DNA of 64,000 nucleotides from Escherichia coli (GTDB lineage Bacteria; Pseudomonadota; Gammaproteobacteria; Enterobacterales; Enterobacteriaceae): NCBI RefSeq assembly GCF_009931435.1, contig NZ_CP043414.1; one strand, 5' to 3'. Shown piece by piece: positions 58,179 to 64,000 of this stretch (position 1 is its first letter; each line of letters starts with the position of its first letter). The notes under the pieces were generated by a model. It saw only the letters and a program-made list of their open reading frames with translations, ran no database searches and was not told where the DNA came from. The position numbers and the translations under genes were made by a program.

Positions 58179-61100
58179 TACATCACTCCGGTGAATACAA
58201 ATCTAATAAAACGTCCAATGTTATTTCCGGAGCACTTCATCTTACATGTTTCTAAAGAATCATTAGACCAGTCTTGGCAGTTTTTAAATAGCCCTAAATT
58301 TATAGGTGTGAATATATCAGGCAATACAGAATAACGCGGCCTTACCTCTTTAAACTTCCCTTTTAAACAGTTCTCCACACAACTATTATCGGTTTCAACG
58401 AGGTCACAACGGCCAGCAGCTTCTTTTGTATCATTACTTGCTTTACCTGGCCCCCATAGACCATCTCCTTTTGATTCTCCCCGTTGGTCTTGGCCACCAC
58501 AAGTATAGTCCCCTTTACCATCTGGGACACAAAGATATTGATGATAGAACAGATTCCCCCATATATCTGGACCGCTTCTTTCACCAGTTCCGCCCATTGA
58601 ATGCAGTGGCTTAATGCATTTTAGTGTTTCTAATCCTAATGGATCTATATTTGAGATCGGATTCAACGGATACTGATAAAAATTCCACCCGCCTTCCAGC
58701 CCAATCGGATCCTGAGTGATATACCGCCCCTGCAGCGGGTCATAATAGCGATGGCGGTTGTAATACAGGCCGGACTCCTCCTCATACTGCTGACCCGGCA
58801 GGCGGATGAGCTGCTGCAGCTGGTGCGGGTTCTCTTCATTCAGCAGGTTGCCCCACTCATCGTATTCTGCGCACCATTCTGTTGCCCCTTCCGTGCTGAC
58901 AAGCGCCAGCGGCAGGCCGCGATGGTCGCAGTGGTACAGGTGGATTTTTCGCGCCGGCGTGTACACCGGGTCCATCTGGTTTTGCATCTGCTCCACCGTC
59001 AGGCCGCACGATGCCAGCCAGCGGCGGCTTTCCTCACTCACCCGGTCAGCCAGGATTTCACTTTCCAGCCGGTCGGGCATCTGCACCAGCACCGGCGGGA
59101 ACACCACATGGCCACCGTCTTCACCGCCGGACTGCTGAAGAGCGTCCGCCAGGCTGCGGCGCTGCGTTTTCGCCAGCTCACCGGTGGCGGTTTCAACTCT
59201 GATGAGTGGTGCGAAGCTCCCCGGCTGATAAACCGTCTGGATGCGGGTTCTGTCGTTCTGTATCGTGGTCAGCCGGTCGCCGTCCCAGCCGTACCAGGTC
59301 ACTTCCGGTTTCCGTGACAGCGACATCCAGCCCGTCAGGTCCCGTTCACGCCGCCACACCCGTTTTGCCACCCTGCGGCCCAGCGGGTCGTAAAGATAGC
59401 GACTTTCGACCAGCGGCTCTGCATATTGTGTCCGCGTGTAGTGCACCAGCCGGTGCCGGCTGTCGTAATGGTACCGGTGAGTCCGCTCATCATCCGTGCG
59501 GATAACCCCTTCCGGGATGAGGTCGGTTTTCTCTGTCAGCCTGCCGTGACGGTCATACCGGTAAAGATAGTGCGCGTCACGGGCGATACGGTTATCCGGC
59601 CACATGCTGAGGGTGCTGTCCGGGTGCAGCTCCGGGTCGGGCAGGCGGTTACCTGCCGGGTCCGTGGCATACGGGATGCGGATATCCAGATTCGCTGCGG
59701 TGGTGTGAACGCCGGTCAGCCTGCCGGTGGTGCTGTAGCTGTAACTCCGGGTCTGGCGCGGGCTGCTGATGCGAATGAGTTCGCCGTTGTCGTTCCAGGT
59801 GTAATCGCGGTCATACTGCAGGCTGTTCAGGTGCTGGCTCTGTAACTGCCCGGCAGGGGTGTAAGCGGTGGTGAGTTCATAACGGCCGAAGCTGCGCAGC
59901 GTTTCCCGGTGCAGGCGGTCGCGGGTGAAATCCACCAGCGGTGTGTCGCCGAGTTTCATCCCTGCCAGGTAACCACTGCCATAAGTCAGCCATTCCACGG
60001 CGGGCAGGCTGTCCGGTATACAGCGGTTCGCCAGCCCCTGCGCGTTGTACGCATGTCTGGTTTCATGCTGCCAGAGCAGTGCTTCCGTCTGCGGGTGATG
60101 CACCGTCTGGCGCTCACCGGTCAGGCGGCCTTTCTCATCATACCCGTAATGCACCGTCACCCGGTGCCCTTCGCTGAGATGGCTGATGCCTGTCAGCCAG
60201 CCGCGTTCGTCGTACCGCCACTGTTCTGCGGTTTCACCATTCACCGTTCGCTGCGTGATGCGGTCTGCTTCGTCATAGTGCCAGTGGGTGACCAGTCCCT
60301 CATCCTCGCTGCGGATAAGTTTGCCGGTCAGGTCGTGGTGATAACGCTGTGTGCGGCCGTCAAAGCCGGTTTCCTGTATCAGCCGGTCGAGTACATCGTA
60401 ACGGAAGGTGGTGTGGCTGCCGTTTTCGTTTGTCAGGCGGATGACCCGTCCTGCAGCATCGTATTCCATACTGCGGGTCAGCCCGCCCTGCGTGGTACGG
60501 ACGGCCTTTCCCCACGCATCGTACTGTGCCCCGTATCTGCTGCCGTCCGGGGCAATGACGGTGGTCAGGTCACCGGCGGCGTTGTATTCATACCGCGTTT
60601 CATGGCCCTGCGTGTCTTTCACCGCAATTAACTGTCCATGGCTGTCGTATGCGCGGCACTGGCTCAGGCCTTCCTCGCGGTGCACCGCCGTCATCTGCCC
60701 GAAGCGGTCATGGTCATAACGGGTCTGGTAGCCGGAACAGTCGGTGAAGGTCAGCAACTGACCGTAACGGCTCCACGTCATGGTTTTCCGGCTGCCGGTG
60801 GCATCTTCCGTTGCGCAGGGGAAGTCACTGTGTGGATTATCATAACGGTAGCGGATGATATCGCCGTCAGGGGCAGTTTCCTGAATCAGACGGCCGGATT
60901 CATCATATTCCCGGCGTATTTCCAGCCCGTCAGGCCCGGTGGCTGACGTTAACTGGTTGTGGTGGTTATAGTAAAACGCCGATGCCCTGCCATCCGGCGT
61001 GGTGATGCGCGTGATGAGTCCCGTCACCACATCCGGGCTGTATTCTGTTGTCCGGCCTGCGGCATCCGTCTGTGTCCTGAGCCTGCCCACCGCGTCAAAC

Positions 61101-62371
61101 TGACTCTGCGTGACGCTGCCGTCCGCGTGTTCCTTTTTCACCACCCGCTTCAGCCCGCCTTCGCCTGCGGTATGCAGGACTTCATGGCGGTCCAGGCTGT
61201 CGGTGATGGTGATGCGGTCTTTCTCATACTGATACGTGTAGCTTAAGCCTGCCGGGTTTAGCTGTTCTGTCACCCGCCCGTCGCTGTCGTAACGGTAACG
61301 GATTTCCGGCCGGCCCGTGTGACGGTGCGCCACCATCCGGCCCCGGTATTTATCATCGTAAGTAAAGCTGCGCACCTGTGTATTGCTGCGGTCATACACC
61401 GCCGCCAGTTCGCCGCGCGGCGTCCAGCCATAGCGCACCAGCGGCGTGGCTGGCAGGTTGTCCGGGTATTCCGGGTCGTGCGTCAGCCACACGGCAGACA
61501 GACGGATACCGTTGTCCCGGCCATATTCCGTGTAGTCCGGCAGGGTATCAGGAAAAGCGGACTGTTCCGCCCCGCCGGAAGAGGCCTGCTGCCGGGCCTC
61601 TTCTGCCCGCTGCGCCTGCGTGGTCAGTGCCAGCCGGAAGTGACGCCCGGCACCATCCGTCACGCCGGTGATTTCGCCGCTGAATTCACCGGCGGCTTCG
61701 CGGTGAAACGTCTGTGTGCGCCCGAAGCGGTCCACCAGCCCGGTCAGTACCCGGTACGGCGGCAGCGGCGCGGGCAGCACCTCATCCGCCTCCGGCACCC
61801 GCTCACACCAGCCGAGTACCCACCACGGCCCCTGCGGACTGTTCGTCGCCAGATAACGATGCGGACTCAGGCGAAGCTCTTCCGGCAGCGCCTGCCAGAG
61901 TGCGGCCAGCCGGTGACCTTCATCCAGTCTCAGGACGCCGCCGCGCACCAGCCAGAGTGACTCGCTGCGGCTGTAACCGTCCTCACCGGGAAACAGGTGC
62001 TCAAAATACAGGCTTCTGCCGCCGTTATCACTGAGTATCAGTGTGTTATCGCGCAGCTGTAAGCGGATATCCGCAGGCATTTTCCAGCCGGGGCCGAGAA
62101 TACCCACCGGCGCGGGCGTTTTTGTCCGGTAACTGCTGTACGTGCGGGAGAGGATGAACGGCAGCGGTCCGGGCAGGGCAATGTCTGTCTCGCCGGGAAG
62201 GACCTTTGCACCGAGCAGGGGATTGACCGGATGGCCGGACGTCACCCCGCCGGGGCACACCGAACAGGCCACGCCGGTGGGGGCACCAATACGTACCCCG
62301 GCTGAACCCTGAACAATGCTACCGCCATACTGCGTCATGTCGCCCTGACGCGCCGCCGGTTTTCCGCTCAT
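58178..62371 (-). CDS. rhsA: full-length Rhs protein (PAAR-like N-terminus, YD-repeat core, variable C-terminal toxin)
   Basis: ORF track 1397 aa; N-terminus [42 protein letters not shown], long YD-repeat core, core ends ...[33 protein letters not shown] followed by a 146-aa cysteine-rich tail. Locus position between yibF and yibA as for rhsA in K-12. Confidence 0.9.
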   Translation of the reverse strand: MSGKPAARQGDMTQYGGSIVQGSAGVRIGAPTGVACSVCPGGVTSGHPVNPLLGAKVLPGETDIALPGPLPFILSRTYSSYRTKTPAPVGILGPGWKMPADIRLQLRDNTLILSDNGGRSLYFEHLFPGEDGYSRSESLWLVRGGVLRLDEGHRLAALWQALPEELRLSPHRYLATNSPQGPWWVLGWCERVPEADEVLPAPLPPYRVLTGLVDRFGRTQTFHREAAGEFSGEITGVTDGAGRHFRLALTTQAQRAEEARQQASSGGAEQSAFPDTLPDYTEYGRDNGIRLSAVWLTHDPEYPDNLPATPLVRYGWTPRGELAAVYDRSNTQVRSFTYDDKYRGRMVAHRHTGRPEIRYRYDSDGRVTEQLNPAGLSYTYQYEKDRITITDSLDRHEVLHTAGEGGLKRVVKKEHADGSVTQSQFDAVGRLRTQTDAAGRTTEYSPDVVTGLITRITTPDGRASAFYYNHHNQLTSATGPDGLEIRREYDESGRLIQETAPDGDIIRYRYDNPHSDFPCATEDATGSRKTMTWSRYGQLLTFTDCSGYQTRYDHDRFGQMTAVHREEGLSQCRAYDSHGQLIAVKDTQGHETRYEYNAAGDLTTVIAPDGSRYGAQYDAWGKAVRTTQGGLTRSMEYDAAGRVIRLTNENGSHTTFRYDVLDRLIQETGFDGRTQRYHHDLTGKLIRSEDEGLVTHWHYDEADRITQRTVNGETAEQWRYDERGWLTGISHLSEGHRVTVHYGYDEKGRLTGERQTVHHPQTEALLWQHETRHAYNAQGLANRCIPDSLPAVEWLTYGSGYLAGMKLGDTPLVDFTRDRLHRETLRSFGRYELTTAYTPAGQLQSQHLNSLQYDRDYTWNDNGELIRISSPRQTRSYSYSTTGRLTGVHTTAANLDIRIPYATDPAGNRLPDPELHPDSTLSMWPDNRIARDAHYLYRYDRHGRLTEKTDLIPEGVIRTDDERTHRYHYDSRHRLVHYTRTQYAEPLVESRYLYDPLGRRVAKRVWRRERDLTGWMSLSRKPEVTWYGWDGDRLTTIQNDRTRIQTVYQPGSFAPLIRVETATGELAKTQRRSLADALQQSGGEDGGHVVFPPVLVQMPDRLESEILADRVSEESRRWLASCGLTVEQMQNQMDPVYTPARKIHLYHCDHRGLPLALVSTEGATEWCAEYDEWGNLLNEENPHQLQQLIRLPGQQYEEESGLYYNRHRYYDPLQGRYITQDPIGLEGGWNFYQYPLNPISNIDPLGLETLKCIKPLHSMGGTGERSGPDIWGNLFYHQYLCVPDGKGDYTCGGQDQRGESKGDGLWGPGKASNDTKEAAGRCDLVETDNSCVENCLKGKFKEVRPRYSVLPDIFTPINLGLFKNCQDWSNDSLETCKMKCSGNNIGRFIRFVFTGVM
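58627..59682 (-). repeat. dispersed repeat copy B (Rhs core 3' end in the full-length gene)
   Basis: Homologous to 56760-57815 and, over its last about 460 bp, to 55011-55485. Confidence 0.85.
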
Positions 62372-62599
62372 CTGCTCATCCTTGTTTTATCGGGTTATTT
62401 GTCTGCTGACAGGCGAAACCCTACAGATTTATAAGAAAGCCTTAAGTGAGATATCTGTCAGATAAGAACAATTAGGAAAATATTTATATCACCATGATAA
62501 ATATGTGATTTATTGGGAGGTAACAAACCATCAACATTTTCTGCCCTTTTTCCCATCACCAGGCCATACTGATATTTTTCCTCGCACAAAGGACTCGGC

Positions 62600-63208
62600 A
62601 TGAAACTCGTCGGTAGCTACACCAGCCCGTTTGTACGCAAACTTTCTATTCTGTTGTTAGAAAAGGGCATAACTTTCGAATTTATTAATGAACTGCCCTA
62701 TAACGCGGACAACGGCGTGGCGCAATTTAACCCGTTAGGGAAAGTGCCGGTGCTGGTGACCGAAGAGGGCGAATGTTGGTTTGATTCGCCGATCATCGCT
62801 GAATATATTGAATTAATGAATGTCGCTCCGGCGATGTTGCCGCGCGATCCGCTGGAGTCGTTGCGGGTGCGCAAAATTGAGGCGCTGGCGGATGGCATTA
62901 TGGATGCCGGGCTGGTGTCGGTGCGTGAACAGGCACGTCCGGCGGCGCAGCAGTCTGAAGATGAATTGTTACGCCAGCGGGAGAAAATCAACCGCAGCCT
63001 GGATGTGCTGGAAGGATATCTGGTCGATGGCACGCTCAAAACCGATATGGTCAACCTGGCGACTATCGCCATTGCCTGCGCCGTTGGATATCTCAATTTC
63101 CGCCGCGTTGCGCCAGGCTGGTGTGTCGACCGCCCACACTTAGTCAAACTGGTCGAAAACCTGTTTAGTCGCGAAAGTTTTGCCCGCACCGAACCGCCAA
63201 AGGCTTGA
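62600..63208 (+). CDS. yibF: glutathione S-transferase homologue YibF
   Basis: ORF track 202 aa [71 protein letters not shown]... Confidence 0.9.
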   Translation: MKLVGSYTSPFVRKLSILLLEKGITFEFINELPYNADNGVAQFNPLGKVPVLVTEEGECWFDSPIIAEYIELMNVAPAMLPRDPLESLRVRKIEALADGIMDAGLVSVREQARPAAQQSEDELLRQREKINRSLDVLEGYLVDGTLKTDMVNLATIAIACAVGYLNFRRVAPGWCVDRPHLVKLVENLFSRESFARTEPPKA

Positions 63209-63305
63209 TGCGCGATATGTCCTCCTGACCCATCTCACGTTACAATCCGTGGTTATGTTAAACGCCCTTCTCCGTGTGAGAGGGCCTTGATCAACCAGGT
63301 TTCCT

Positions 63306-64000
63306 ATGACAACCGAAACGCGTTCCCTCTATAGTCAACTTCCGGCTATTGATCGCTTATTGCGCGATAGCTCTTTCCTTTCTTTGCGTGATACCTATGG
63401 TCACACCCGCGTGGTGGAGTTGCTGCGTCAGATGCTTGACGAAGCGCGAGAAGTGATTCGTGACAGCCAGACGCTACCCGCGTGGTGTGAAAACTGGGCG
63501 CAAGAAGTTGATGCCCGGTTGACGAAAGAGGCGCAAAGCGCGCTGCGTCCGGTGATCAACCTGACGGGAACCGTGCTGCATACCAACCTTGGGCGAGCTT
63601 TACAGGCGGAAGCCGCGGTGGAGGCTGTTGCGCAGGCTATGCGTTCGCCAGTAACCCTCGAATACGATCTGGATGACGCCGGACGCGGACATCGCGATCG
63701 GGCGCTGGCGCAGCTGCTGTGCCGTATTACGGGGGCGGAAGATGCCTGTATCGTTAATAACAATGCGGCGGCGGTCTTGTTGATGTTGGCGGCCACTGCC
63801 AGTGGGAAAGAGGTGGTGGTATCTCGCGGCGAACTGGTGGAGATTGGCGGCGCGTTTCGTATTCCTGATGTCATGCGTCAGGCAGGCTGCACCCTACACG
63901 AAGTGGGGACCACCAATCGCACGCACGCTAATGATTATCGCCAGGCGGTGAATGAAAATACTGCGCTGTTGATGAAGGTACATACCAGTAACTACAGCAT
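63306..64000 (+). CDS. selA: L-seryl-tRNA(Sec) selenium transferase, 5' part (runs off window end)
   Basis: From ATG 63306 my translation reads [68 protein letters not shown]... and is open to the window end; absent from the ORF track because no stop lies inside the window. Confidence 0.9.
   Translation, partial: MTTETRSLYSQLPAIDRLLRDSSFLSLRDTYGHTRVVELLRQMLDEAREVIRDSQTLPAWCENWAQEVDARLTKEAQSALRPVINLTGTVLHTNLGRALQAEAAVEAVAQAMRSPVTLEYDLDDAGRGHRDRALAQLLCRITGAEDACIVNNNAAAVLLMLAATASGKEVVVSRGELVEIGGAFRIPDVMRQAGCTLHEVGTTNRTHANDYRQAVNENTALLMKVHTSNYS

Overview
This window reads as an Escherichia coli chromosomal segment (the dinD-yicC to selA region, about 81-82 min on the K-12 map), in reverse orientation relative to K-12 numbering. 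All calls rest on reading the supplied ORF translations and the raw sequence; no database search was run. The conserved backbone is dense and syntenic: dinD (partial), yicC, rph-pyrE, slmA, dut, coaBC, radC, rpmB-rpmG, mutM, coaD, waaA, the waa core-LPS cluster, hldD-waaF-waaC, kbl-tdh, waaH, yibQ, envC, gpmM, yibN-grxC-secB-gpsA-cysE, trmL, lldDRP, yibL, yibT, mtlRDA, yibI, yibH, an rhs locus, yibF and selA (partial). Against that backbone I see five accessory or variable segments. (1) A roughly 1.3 kb retron (msr-msd plus a 319-aa reverse transcriptase) sits between pyrE and slmA with no adjacent effector gene. (2) The central waa genes have the R1 core-type content (waaO-waaT-waaY-waaW-waaV-waaL) rather than the K-12 set. 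(3) A 1517-aa trimeric autotransporter adhesin (UpaG/EhaG-like) lies between lldP and yibL, with an internal 264-bp tandem duplication and, upstream, a lipoprotein gene split by a frameshift in an A6 tract. (4) The rhs locus carries a full-length Rhs gene with a cysteine-rich C-terminal toxin I could not assign and a small membrane immunity gene, followed by three displaced orphan toxin/immunity cassettes, one of which looks like an L,D-transpeptidase-like (Tlde1/DUF2778-type) toxin with a secreted immunity candidate. (5) htrL appears to be absent between hldD and kbl. The Rhs array and the effector-less retron are the most interesting targets. No rRNA, tRNA, CRISPR array or IS element was recognised. 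Coordinates of non-ORF features were counted by eye and may be off by 1-2 nt.
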